DNA from: the human T2T-CHM13v2.0 reference genome, Homo sapiens
Strand: one strand, 5' to 3'
Assembly (NCBI RefSeq): GCF_009914755.1
Contig: NC_060948.1
DNA length: 64,000 bases
In this document: in pieces, positions 23,351 to 37,382 of the stretch
How positions within the stretch are numbered: the first letter of the stretch is position 1
Layout of the letters: every line of letters begins with the position of its first letter
Translations under genes and position numbers: made by a program
Notes under the pieces: model-generated
Database searches by the model: none
What the model saw: the letters and a program-made list of their open reading frames with translations, nothing else
Told to the model about the DNA's origin: nothing

Positions 23351-26300
23351 TTAGAGGGTAAGCTGTTAGTATTGTTCAAGCAGGGGTCTCAGGCAAAAGG
23401 AGAAAGGAAATTATCATTTTAAGAAGAAAAGAGTACAAAATTATCACGATTTAATTTCCACTTGTTAATAATTACACGGGCTGAATAACTCATGCTCTTT
23501 AATCTTACGATGAATAGCACGTTAAACTTTTATGTGATTCTGAAAATATGAATTTCCATATAATGAGGGTTTGAGATGTAAAGCACTAATTTTATAGGCA
23601 GTTTTCACTTGTTACGTAGATTGTTCTTAGAGCTTTACAGATGTTAAATTAATGGCGGCTTAGAAGAGATGGTAGCATCATTTGAGAAACAATAAATTAG
23701 TTCTGTTTCATCCTTTCCTTGGTGCAGTCATGGCTTCACTTCATTAGGTTAGGAAGGGATTTCAGAGCTTTGCAAGTTGAACTTGTAGCTGCCTCCTATG
23801 GAATCCTACGAAACCTAGGACGCTGTACCACAGAAACAGGGCGTTGCCCCATGTCCCGAACACCATCATTTTGTGGTATATTTCTTTTGTATTTCTTATA
23901 TGGAATTACCATATAAAAATGAGCATGCTAGGTATAACTCAAAGCCTGTTTATTTGCAAGGCTGTATTGACCCTGAACGATAAATATTTGCATGTTATGG
24001 ATGGGAAACAAGTCCCCATAAAAAGCTCCTGCTGCCTTTTAGGAAAGCCTATGGTCTGTGGTTGCAGATCTCTTTCCAAAGGGAAATTGGTGAACTTTCT
24101 CCTATAGTTTTTTCCATAATGACAACATAAAAACAGTAGTAAACTCATCTTGCCAGTGGTCATTTTTGGGTTTGGGATATATTAGGGAGCAATTTTGCAA
24201 TGTGTTTCAAAATTACATTCAATAATTAATTTTGTCCACCTTATTTTAATGCCATATTTCCGTTCAAGCTCTGCATGTCACGACAGTCTGTGATGATTCT
24301 TTTGGCATTGAAAAAATTATCCATGGCACTTAAACCGTGTTTCTTTCATCATTTCATGGCAGTTGGAGCTTCAGCTGCTATTTGTTGGGAACCCATCCTG
24401 ACTAGGGCTTCATGTTTTATTGTGATGATTGGCAGACTTACTTCACTAGGGCTTCATGTTTTATTGTGATGATTGGCAGACTTGTGTTTCAGGCGTTTTC
24501 AGATTTGGAAAGTTACTATGATTTTCAAATTATAAATGCAAAAATATCAATGAATTTATTTCACAAACTATTTTAATTCATTATAGACAATAAGTGGTTT
24601 AATTAGAAATCAATAATTTAAATAATATTTTAATTTGTTGGAGCATTCACAAATACTACATCTTCCTTTAAGTCTTTCTTTACTCTACATGTTATATACA
24701 CAGTAAAATTAGTTAATAAGAGTGTTACATATTTTCCCTCCTCCTCCAACTATCCACAAGCTCAGGCTTGACATAAACAGTGGAATGAGTAAAGACCTGA
24801 AGTAATATAGCAGCAAAGCTGTAGTTGATTTTTATAATAAAATAATAGATATCAAAGCTTCCTGACATTTTTAGGCAAATCTTCCTGTGTCCCTAAAGGG
24901 ACGTTCCCCTTGACAGCAGTCATGAACAACAGGTGATCTTGAAATTCTCAGCTGTCAAAGACAGTTGCTGGGAAAATTTGAAAACACCTTGTACATATTA
25001 AAGAGCTAAGCATGAGATGATGTATACATACATATGTCTCTGTCTCATTAGACCGCAGGAAATACGGCACATGGCAGGAAGGCTCATGTTGATTCCCCTT
25101 GACCATGCAGCTTCCTCTGCTCCTGACTCCTAAGAACTTAGTTCTTTCAGTTACAAAATTTTGCTTGCCTTAGGACATTGGGCTTCATGATATTTGAGAG
25201 CAAATAGAGCTTCTGCCCAAATAGGAGCAGCAATCAAGTCACAATCTGTCTCAGATAGCAAATGCTGTCACCTGCATAGAGTATGGGCAGAAACTCTCTG
25301 ATCTGAAGAGACAGTGATGATTTCCTGACAGTTTGAACAAGGAGAAGCCAGTAGCCCCAGCGAGTCAGCAAATACTGCAACAAGTTTTATTAGGCCTTGT
25401 CTGAAATCTTAGACTAAGCAGAGCAGGCAGGTCTATAAAATACAAAAGGATATTCATGATTATTTCAGAAAGAGCATGAAGCAGACACAGGCATTCTGGG
25501 TCATTTACAGTTAGTTCTCTAGGACTGAGAAGCTGTATCTCTCCACTACAACTACAAGTGTATTAAAAGGCTGAAAATATGAAAGGATTTCTGGGTCTTG
25601 CATTCACCCTAGATCCCTCATCCAGTCATTTTAAAAATGGATTCTAAACTCTACTGCAGGAAGAGTTTGCACAGTTAGCATTAATACAGTCGCAGGCAGT
25701 TCAAACAGTAACACCTTTAGAAATTAATTGATTATGCTGATTTCCTCAGCGTTTTGAAAACTGGAATTGATACTATCATGACTACAGGGTGCAGATTTTA
25801 TTGGAAAAATGTTTTATTCCTGGGACGAGTAACTCGATTGCTTATGAAAATGCCAAAAAACTATGATTTACTTCATAATCTTCAGAAATGTATGTCTTGA
25901 ATGTTAGAAATACAGTCACATAGTTCTAAAATACACAATTTTATTAGACTAAAAAAATGAAGAACTGAAGAACAGAAATAAGACAAACAATATTCATATG
26001 AATATATAAGGTAATTATTATTTCACTGCAACTTATGTATAATATATTCCTGTAAAAAGTAATACCGTTGCCCAACGTTATTACAATTTAACATCTCTCC
26101 TGTTTTTTAGAAAAATAGAAATGTAATTACTTTTATTCAAGTCATATGAAATAGTTTATGTCATCAGTAAATTTTGTAGTTAATTATTTTGCAGGATTTT
26201 CTTTAAGGCAGCGGTTGGTTAGCAGTAACTATCAACTACTCTTCCCAAGCAAACAGGCAAACAAAGGATTAGGCTTCAGCCTAAATATTACAGCTCTCTG

Positions 26301-27807
26301 AGTGTGTGTGGGAGGACTCCAAGGTCACGTGGCTTGACTGGATACTTAAGCTGCTCTTCATCTTTTGGGCAGTTATTAATTCACTAAGGATTTTTGAATA
26401 TCCGCTATGTTCCAGTTTTGTTGCTAAGTGTAGGGGATGCAAATATGACTGACCTGATTTCTGCTCTCCAGTCTAGTAATGGAGAAAGACTCACAAAAAA
26501 ATTATTACAGTACACTGTGCTATGAATCATGATAAAGGGATGTGCATGCTGCACTAGGAATTCAGAGACGAAGCACTCAACAAGGCTTGAATGATTCAGG
26601 AAAAACACTTGCAAGTGTCCCATTTCCTCTATGTCTAGGGAAACCTTTCTTTCTTAAAGTAGGTAATTATAAGAATATAAATTTCCTAGATTCTAAATCT
26701 CAATATTAGAAAACACACTTGCAAATAACAGGAGTTTGCTGAGGGGCCATATGCACAGCCATAACACTGTTCCCAACATCCATAGTCAGGCCATGGAACC
26801 GTTTAAATCAAAGGAAGTCCCAGTATACTTTGCAAAGATTTTCTTGAAACTTTGTAATAGAAAGAATCTCTGCTATCCATCCATTTCTGACACTCACCCA
26901 CAATCATTGATGAGAAGATGGGTTAATACTTGCCTCCAGTCAGGTGAGGCATTGAATCCTTGGAATATCATGCAATCCCTGAATTCCCCAAGTAGGTCAA
27001 ATTATTAAGGCTGGGTGACAGGAACATATGCTGTCCTTAGCTTCATTCTAACGGATTTCAACTGCAACATCTCCGGTGGCAAACCTTCACTTTTCAAGAT
27101 CTACATTTCTGATTGAGTCAAACTGGAACAATATGCCCTATGATGAAAAGAAACCCATACTATTACTGTAGAAATATGCCCATATCAATAGATTTCTATG
27201 TGTACAGAATACAACCTTCCTGTACACTACCTTAAAATTATCTTCATTGTTCTGGAACATGCACATAATGGATTATGGTGACCTAAATGCTAAAATTAAA
27301 TTTGACATTGGCTGCAAAAGTCTCAACTGAGAAGAGTGCATCACCACATATTTGAGGAACTGTACCCCAAATTGCTTGTTCAAGTCTTTTCATTAGAGGT
27401 TTCATTAAATGTCATCATTACACATGGCACATATAGCAGGATCCATATCACCACGCATAATGATTTTCAGAAAGCCAGTGTCGTGGCAGTTCAGATAAAG
27501 CTCTTGGTTTGTTTTCTAAAGAGAATATCCTAAAGAAGAATTGACAGCATGCATGAGAAGACTTTTTTTCACAATTGTAAGCAATGATCAAATGTCCTCA
27601 TAAATGAATCAGGTCAGACGACAGACCTCAGCATTGCATTGCTTAGTTGGGTGACCGGGAAACACAGCACATTTTTACTTTTAAGAGTTTTATTGTTACA
27701 GAAAAATTAAGAAATTCTCTCAGCTTAAGAATATCAAGAAGGATCCTGCGTACCCACATGGTGCTCAACATAGTCTCTGAAAGCCCAGGTCAGATATCAC
27801 ATTCAGT

Positions 27808-28113
27808 TTCTTTCTTTTTTTTTTTTTTGAGATAGTATTTTGCTCTTGTCACCCAGGCTGCAGTGCAATCATGTGATCTTGGCTTATTGCAACTTCCGCC
27901 TCCGCAGTTCAAGCCATTCTCCTGCCTCAACCTCTCAAGTAGCTGGGATTATAGGTGCCTACCACCACGCCCAGCTAATTTTTTGTATTTTTAGTAGAGA
28001 CAGGGTTTCACTATGTTGGCCAGGCTGGTCTTGAATTCCTGACCTTAGGCAATCTACCTGTCTCTGCCACCCAAAGTGCTGGGATTACAGGCTTCAGCCA
28101 GGGAGCCCAGCCT
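27808..28113 (-). mobile_element. AluS
   Basis: Poly-T plus full antisense Alu. Confidence 0.9.
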
Positions 28114-29086
28114 CAGGCAAACAGCCTCTCTAAGCCTCAGTTCCTTATCAGCAGAGGGACTACACTATTTATCATCCAACTTGTGACACCTGGGAGTGAA
28201 AGAGGGCAGGATCATTAGCCGGTACACTGAGCAACAAGTGTCAACTAAAACTTCTCTAGGTAAATGTACAGTTACCCTAATTAACAGAAAGAAGTGTATT
28301 GGTCCAATCAGTCATTTTTGTTCCCTGAGTATACATTAGAATCATCCTAGGAGAATCCATGCACACACACACACGCACTAAACTGGATCATCTCCAAAAC
28401 CTTTTCAGGCTTTCAAATTCAGAGATCATAATTTCTGAGCATAAACTTATGCCATTGCTATTGGCAAAGTTGTGTAACTGCAAACTATTTTCATATCTAG
28501 AACACAGAAATACTGAATACCAGTAAGATAATGACTAATATTCATTTAGGAAGAATTTGCAGTTTACAAAACACTTTCTCAATATCATCCTTTAAAAAAA
28601 AAAATCTAACCTGAAGCCCGTGAGAAGTCAGGTTAATTTATTATTATGAACTTTTTGTAGGAGAGGAAATCATTGCTTACAAAGTGCCAAAACACAGATT
28701 TAAATTATACAAAGAGCAAATAAAATAATTAAGCCCATGTCTTAATGCAAAATGGTGGCAGATAAGAGAAGTCACCTTGCCCTCCTCCTGCATGGGTTTG
28801 AATTCTACTTCTGTTTCTTTATTAGCTCAATAAATTGGTTCAAGTCATTTAACCTCACTAAACATTATCTCTATTAGAATAATATTAATCCTTGCTTCAG
28901 AGTGATGCCAGTATTTCATGAGGTATTACATGAAATGTCTTAGTACTATGTGCAATAAATATTAACAATCACTGCTATTAGTACTACTATTACTCTTTCT
29001 CCACTCTTTCTCCCTCTTTCAACCACTCTAGTTACTATACTACTATCATTACTACTAATACTAGAACTCATAACATAATCCCTGTA

Positions 29087-29456
29087 TGCTATGATCTGAA
29101 TGTTTGTGTCCCTATCTCTTCCAAATTCCTATGTTGAAATCCTCTCTCCTAAGGTGATGGCATTACGAGGTGGGGTGTTTGGGAGATGATGACATAATGA
29201 GGGTGGGGCCTCATGAATGGGATCAGTGCCCTTATAAAAGGGACCACAGAGAGCTCCCTTTCCCCTTCTACCATGTGAGGACACAGCAAGAAAGGGTTGT
29301 CTTCGAACCAAGGAACAGGCCCTCACTGGACACCAAACCTGCTATCCCCTTAACCTTGGACTTACAGCCTCCAAAACTCCAAGAAATACATTTCTGTTGT
29401 TTATAAGCTACCTACCTTATGGTATTTTTTACAGCAGTTTGAACAGGCTAAGACAG
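29087..29456 (+). mobile_element. MLT1A/MSTD-type MaLR LTR
   Basis: tgctatgatctgaatgtttgtgtccc...ccatgtgaggacacagcaag...ttataagctacc...ggctaagaca. Confidence 0.85.
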
Positions 29457-29474
29457 TATTATAGGCAGAATAAA

Positions 29475-30131
29475 TGTATCAGTCTTTTTTCACACTGCTA
29501 TGAGTACCTGACTCCTGTAATCGCAGCACTTTGAGAGGCTGAGGTGGGCAGATCACCTGAGTCCAGGAGTTCATCACCAGCCTGGCCAATATGGCGAAAC
29601 CCCATCTGTACTAAAAATACAAAAATTAGCCAGGCCTGGTGTCTCACACCTGTAGTCCCAACTCCTCAGCAGGCTGAGGCAGAAGAACTGCTTGAATCCA
29701 GGAAGCAGACGTTGCAGTGCACCAAGATTGCATCACTGAACCCCAGCCTGGGTGAGAGAGTGGGACTCTGTCTCCAAAAAAAAAGAAATACCCAAGACTG
29801 TGGTAATTTATAAAGAAAAGAGGTTTAATTGACTCACAGTTTCATATGGCTGGGAAGGCCTCAGGAAACTTACAATCACCGCAGAAGGAGAAAGAGAATT
29901 GGAAGCAAATACCTTCTTCGCAAGGCAGCAGGAAAGAGAGAGAGAGTGAAGTGAGAACAGCCCCTTCTAAAACCATCAGATCTCATAAGAACTCACTCAC
30001 TATGATGAGAACAAACTAGGAAAACAAATCCCATGATCCAATCACCTTCCACACGAGGTCCCTCCCTTAATACCTGGGGATTACAGTTCGATATGAGATT
30101 TGTGTGGGGACACAAAGCTGAGGCATATCAG
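29475..30131 (-). mobile_element. THE1/MST LTR interrupted by an Alu
   Basis: tgtatcagtc...cacactgctat; after the Alu, aaagaaaagaggtttaattgactcacag...ggggacacaaagctgaggcatatca. Confidence 0.85.
29510..29785 (+). mobile_element. AluS, slightly 5' truncated
   Basis: cctgtaatcgcagcactttg...ctctgtctccaaaaaaaaa. Confidence 0.9.
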
Positions 30132-31671
30132 TAAGTGTTCCTTCAACTAAACAAGCTTAATTACAATGAAGCCCTTTGTGCTCATCTTTAACCTCCTCCC
30201 ACACAGTCTTAAATAAAACAAACCACACATGAACAGTCTTCAGGGAGGACACTGCAGAAAAGCAGAGACACAGAAATGTAGCAATAACAAACTCTGGCTA
30301 TCCTTGGCATTTATAGCACAAGAACAGACTTTATATAGATACTCAAATGGATTTACAGACATAGGTGACTGTCAGCCTTAGAGATGTGCCACCAGAAGCT
30401 CTCAAGTCACTGACTAGCTTTAAGGGCTACAGTTGGCTGGCAGCCTCCAACTGCAATGCCTCAAGACCAGCTGTTGAGTTTATATGGAAGTCACACTCTT
30501 CTTGGGGGAGCTCCTAGCCAAGGTGGAATATGGTTACCAACACTAGGGTGTGTCCACTTCTGTCTTCTGTGTTGCTGCCCTGTGAACAGTCTTTATGCTG
30601 GAGACCCCTGGGCTGGCTGAACATTCCTCAGAGACACAATGTCACCTGAGGATCTTCCTACTGAATCGTCCTCCACTCCCACTTCCCTTCACAGATTTCA
30701 GACTGCACTGTGGTCAAATGCCCCCCAGGTCCAAAATAACAGCCCCAAACATCTCCACACATCTTACACAACCTTATCCAAGTTGTACTGTACTTACTTG
30801 AGACACAATAATAATTTTTAAAAAATTGTAGAGAAATACTTTGCTCCAAAATTCTGTTATTTTCCTGGTTTTCTAATAGTTTATTTATTTGAACAGTTCT
30901 ATGGAGTTACAAGGTATGACTAGCTTGTCTTTTTAATGGAATACCTATCACATATGGCTCAGGAAAAAGTGATTACAGATCATGCTCTTTTCATGCAATA
31001 TTTGTTTAGCAAATTAAATTTGTTAAGCCACATTAGCTCAATGATATGAAAATTTTAATAATGTTAGATCTATAAATTGTAGGAAAAATGAATTAGAATT
31101 TCAAAATGTGTTTAGTTCCAAGGAATTGGATTACTTGTGTATGTTTCATCTGGAGAGATAAATGATGTTCTAAATTACTGCCCATATTAGCCGTTTAATT
31201 TCATTCTTGTTTTAGTAATTTTTATTTTTCAACATATTTAAAACATTAAAGATAATCAAAAAGTTTCATGCAGAGTATTTCAAAATATTACTTTGATCTG
31301 GTGATCTATATGTTTTAGATATAAATATTGTTAAGATTAAGGATAATAACAAAATATTTGCTCTATGACAAACAGCAGTCTATACTCTTTGCATATATTA
31401 ACTCATTTAGCCTTAGACACATTTTAAAGCTTAAATATAATCATTATCCTCTTAACACACATTTTATTGATTATTCTGATCTAGACAGTTAAATGTTTTT
31501 AATGTTAATCTTGTCATGATTTAGGATAACAATACAATAAACTGTTCTGAACACTTGACAAATAGTATCTCATGCTCCTTATACATATTAACTCATTTAG
31601 CCTCATACACATTATATAATTTAGGCATAATCATTATCCACAAGGTAAAGATTAAGGAACTGAGAGAGGTA

Positions 31672-32045
31672 TGTTGCCGGTGTGACTAGCTGGAGCCAAT
31701 GTTTTGTGATGTAAAGGAATTTACCAAGACAGTTGTAAGTAATGAAAGCCAGATTTATTAGAGAAAGTATGAAAATACATTGCAAGGGTGCAACAGGCAG
31801 CACAGCAGAGAAGGGACTGTCTGTCAAGAGGCAGGGGCTGGAGGTAAATTTTATACGAGTGTGCTGGTGGAGGCTATGGGTGGAATGAAGTCATGCGGTT
31901 GGGGTTATGTGCACAGGGAGGTAGTTGTGTCAGTGGGATGTTTGTGATTGGCTGTCTCTCAATACAGTTCTTCTACTCTTCTCCCTCACCAGGCCAGGGG
32001 CCTTCACTCATCTTGAACACTTCCCCACCTGGGGCTCCTTCTTTG
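31672..32045 (-). mobile_element. ERV-type LTR (family uncertain)
   Basis: Starts tgttgccgg; antisense AATAAA (gatttatt) at ~31755; LTR-like layout. Confidence 0.5.
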
Positions 32046-32790
32046 TTGTTGATTATCAAGACTCCACAAGGTGAAACAAGAGGACAGAACAGAAAGCTCT
32101 ACAGATTGTCCCCGCAGCAAAGACACCAATTTAACAAATATTTACACAGAAAAAAACACCTGCATAGAACAAAAAATCAAGTGAGCTCTCAAAGGACCTG
32201 GTTTTAACTTCATATGACTCAAAGAGACACTGAAGAGATTGAAAAAGCAGTCCTGAATTACCAATGCTATCCACCCCATGTCACACAGTGGTAGCACTGA
32301 ACTCAGTGCTGTTCTATTACAGCAGAAAAGAAAATCAGACTGCTGTCACCACTGTCAACTCAACATAATACTGGAAGTCCTAGCTAGAGCAACTAGACGA
32401 AAGAAAGATGTAAAGGGCATCCAAATTGGAAAGGAAAAAGTCAAATCATCCATATTTGCAGATGATATAATCTTGCATTTAGAAAAACCTAAAGACTGTA
32501 CAAAAAACCTATTATAACTAATAAACAAATTCAGTAAAGTTGCAGGATACTAAATCAACCTACAAAAATCAGTAGGATTTTTATATGCCAACAGTGAACA
32601 AAGTAAAAAAGAAATTTCAAAAGTAATCCCTTTATAATAGCCACACATAAAATATAATATCTAGGAATTAATGAAAGAAGTGAAAGATTTCTATAATAAA
32701 AACTATAAAACATTGATGAAAGAAATTGAACAGGACACCAAAAAATGGAAAAATATTTCATGTATATGGATTGGAAGAATCCATGTAAAA

Positions 32791-32952
32791 CCTCCTCTTT
32801 CCCCCAAACAACACCTACAACTTACAGCGCTAAGTGTAACTATTCTAGGATTCTTAATGGCCTTAGAACTGAGCCTTAGGGCCAACAGACTTAAAATAAG
32901 ACTCCCGTTACACACAATAACTTCTCTAACATATTAGGATTTTACTCGAATC
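32791..32952 (+). pseudogene. NUMT: fragment of mitochondrial ND5
   Basis: Translates QLTALSVTILGFLMALEL..N.LKM..PL then (frameshifted) FSNMLGFY, versus recalled human ND5 [31 protein letters not shown]...FSNMLGFY. Composition is G-poor, like the mt L-strand. Confidence 0.85.
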
Positions 32953-33980
32953 AAAGCAACCTGCAGATTCAATGAAATTCTTACCAAAATGCCAATGACA
33001 TTCTTCACAGAAATTGAAAAACAATCTTAAAATCTAAAATTTATATGGAACCATGAAAGACACAGCATAGCCAAAGCTATCATAAGCAATGAACAAAACT
33101 GGAGTAATCAGATTACCTGACTTCACATTATACTACATATACAGCTATGGTAACCAAAACAGCGTGGTACTGGCATAAAAGCAGGAACATAGACCAGTGG
33201 AACAGAGTAGAGAACCCAGAAACAAATCCATACACCCACAATGAACTCATTTTTGACAATGTTGCCAAGCATATACACTGGGGAAAAGACGGTCTTTTCC
33301 ATAAATGTTGTTGGGAAAACTGATATCCTTATTTAGAAGGATAAAACTAGACCCCTATATCTCACCATATAAAAAATTCAAATCGAAATGGATTAAAAAC
33401 GTAACCATAAGACTTCAAATAATTAAACTCCTACAAGAAAACATTGGGAAATGTCTCCAAGACATGGTCTGGGCAAAAAATTTTTGAGCAGTACTCCACA
33501 AGCACAGGCAACAAAAGCAAAACTGAACAAATGGGATCACATCAAGGTTAAAACCTGCTGCACAGCAAAGGATGCAATCAACAAAGTGAAGAGACAACCC
33601 ACAGAATGGGAGAAAATGCTTGCAAACTATCCATCTGAGAAGGGATTAATAACGAGAATAGACAAGGAGCTCAAACAGCTCTCTAGAAAAAAAATCTAAT
33701 AATACAATCAAAATGTGGCCCAAAATTTTGAATAGACATTTCTGAAAAGCAGACATACAAATGGCAAATAAGCATGTGAAAAGGTGCTCAACGTCACTGA
33801 TCATCAGACAAATGCAAATTGAAACTGCAATGAGATATCATCTCACACCAATTAAAATAGCTTGTATCCAAAAAACAGGCAATAACAAATGTTGGTGAGG
33901 ATGTGGAGAAAAGGGAACTGCTCGTTGTTGGCAGACCTGAAATCAGGACACCCACTATGGAGAACAGTTTGAAAGTTTCT

Positions 33981-34283
33981 GGCTGGGTGCGGTGGCTCAT
34001 ACCTGTAATCCCAGCACTTTGGGAGACGGGGGGCAGGCAGATCACGAGATCAAGTGATCGTGATCATCATGGCTAACATGGGTGAAACCCTGTCTCTACT
34101 AAAAACACGCAAAAAATTAGCTGGGCGTGGTGGCGGGCGCCTGTAGTCCCAACTACTTGGGAGGCTGAGGCAGGAGAATATCATGAACCTGGGAGGTGGA
34201 GCTTGGAGTGAGCCGAGATCGCGCCACTGCACTCCAGGTTAGGCGATAGAGCAAGCCTACCTCACAAAAAAGAAAAAAAAAAA
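33981..34283 (+). mobile_element. Alu (AluY/Sc-like) inserted in L1
   Basis: Full Alu with TSD aaagtttct. Confidence 0.92.
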
Positions 34284-35002
34284 GTTTCTAATAAAACTAA
34301 ATTTTAGGCTACTGTATGATCCAGCAATCCCACTACTGATATATACCCAAAAGAAAGGAAATCAGCGTATCGAAAACACGTCTTCATTCCAATGTATGTT
34401 GTAGCACTGTTTACTAACATGTGGAAGTAAGCTAAGTGTCCACCAACACCACCTGATGAATAGATAAAGAAAATGTGGTACATATGCACAATGGAGTACT
34501 ATTCAACCATAAAAAGGATGAGATTCAGCTGTATGTAACATTATGGATTGAACTGGAGATCATTATTTTAAGTGAAATAAGCCAGGCACAGAGAGACAGC
34601 ATCACATGTTCTCACTTATTTGTGGGATCTAAAAATCAAAGCAATTCAACTCATGGGGACAGTAGAAGGATGGTTACCAGAAGGTAGGAAGGTTAGTGGG
34701 GGCTGGGGGGAAGGTGGTGATAGTTGAGGGGTACAAGAAAATAGTTAGAATGAGTAATGTCTCCTGTTTGATGGCACAACAGGGTGACTACAGTCAATAA
34801 TAATGATACATTTCAAAATAAAGAGTGTAATTGGATTGTTTACAATTCAGTGGATAAGTGATTAAGGGGATGGATGCCCCATGTTTCCTGATGTGTTACT
34901 GCACGTTACATGCCTGTATTGAAACATCTCAGGTACCCCATAAATATATACACCTACTATGTACCCACAAAAATTGAAGACAAAAGAAAATTGAAAAGAA
35001 AG

Positions 35003-35080
35003 AAATTGAGGCACAAAGTGGTTAAGTAACCTTCCCAAAGTAACACAGCCATAGATGGTAGAGCCTGGATTTGAACCAAG
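35003..35080 (+). mobile_element. MIR fragment
   Basis: aaattgaggcacaaagtggttaagtaaccttcccaaagtaacacagc...ggatttgaacc. Confidence 0.7.
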
Positions 35081-35472
35081 AAAAGCAAATGCTTTTGCGT
35101 GAATCAAGAAAAGCAAATGCTCACTTATCTTAAGCCACATCAGTTAAACATGCAGTCTCTGAATGTGTGTACATATGTAAATGTATCATCGCACTTGCAA
35201 ACTGAGTAATTTTAAAATGAACATATATATATGTTTATTGTTTTATTTAAATAAATGTATCAGAACATTAAAATCCAAATGCTTAGAGCCCTTGTCAAAG
35301 TACTCAACTTGAATAATCAAGGGACATTCAGGCTACCAATACTCAGATTGGCAACCTGCCCTCACTTTTTCAAATGATTCTCTGGTTGTAGGAGAGTTTC
35401 TGGAAGCAATATAATCAGTTAGTAAGCTATATAAGCAAGTCTGTCTCAGCAGTCACATCTATCTGGTTTTAG

Positions 35473-35760
<288 letters not shown>

Positions 35761-37031
35761 AATTTTCCAGTTATGCTTCAATCATTTTGTCAGCTGTCTT
35801 GTAGTATGTTATTGATAAGCATCTATTAAGCATAGAGTCACATATAATGTAATTATGTGTCCCTCTGTCAAACCCTGGACCTATTAAAATATCAGTGTGA
35901 CTCTAACACTACACTGACCTAGCAAGTATTACATGTTAGACTACAGCTTAGAGAAAAAGAATACAAATTACATGAAATGTTGATCATTTACTTCCCTACA
36001 GGATATTCAACAAAATACCCTAAACTTTTGAAGGCAACTCCAAAATAGCTATCTCTTTCATTTTCTGGAACTATGATAGAGTCCTTATTAAGGTACCTTC
36101 TCAACTCTTCAGCCATGCCCTGGAATTCCACTGGCCAGGACTGAGAACAGAAATCATGTTGTTGTCACATGTTACCTCACCCTCGGGACTGGAGTGGGTA
36201 TTATTCCACATTGTCTTGTACAACCTACTACTTAACAGTTTAGATACCTGTATTGCATTGGTTATCATCTTTCCCACTCCTTAGAGTGCAGACTACCTGG
36301 TTTATTCATTATGTCCGCAATGTCTATGAAAATATCAACACACAGAGCTCTCTCAGTTGATATTGATAAACAAATACATTCAGGAAACACATTCACCAAT
36401 TATGTAAACAGTTGGTAACCTCTTAACCTGCATTGAAGAAAACACTTACTTGAAAGAACGAGTACTGATAGGTGTGTTAAAAAATATATCCTATTACTTT
36501 ATAGACATCCTTGCCATTCATGAATTTAACATTTCTAATATTGAAGCCCCTGGCATGTCATAATTTATAAATTTATTAATACTCAGATTCCATCCCAGCA
36601 TGGTTGATAAAAATAGTGGGTGAGAAGAAGTCATTTCAGTAAATAACCTAATAGCAATATCTTGTAAATAACCAAACACCAATATCTAATATAATCTTTG
36701 GTCTCTTATCTATAACTATTATGTGCAGAAATGTTACTCATGAGTCTAGATTGCTGATAAGTTGTCTGGAAACAAAATATGTAAAAAGGAGTCATGTATA
36801 TTACATAATATTAGGTAACTTACTATGTATGCACTTAAATTATTGGCAGCTCTTTTATTAGGTTATAGCTTACATTGGTAGGCTTTGATATAATGTTTTG
36901 TATTAAAATTTGAGAAAGAAATTTCTACAAAGTAAATTACAAAATGCTTTTACCTACGTGTGTGAACATATCATACATATAATTTTATATAGGTAGTCAA
37001 TTTTTAATTCCTATTTGTATTTAAATTTTAA

Positions 37032-37382
<351 letters not shown>

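Larger units (their letters stand above)
32080..34990 (+). mobile_element. L1MA1/2-like element (putative 5' piece joined to ORF2 3' half and 3' UTR), interrupted by a NUMT and an Alu
   Basis: ORF2 peptides [10 protein letters not shown]...[14 protein letters not shown] and KWDHIK..CTAK. The 3' end catgcctgtattgaaacatctc...tatgtacccacaaaaattg is typical of L1MA1/2. Confidence 0.85.
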
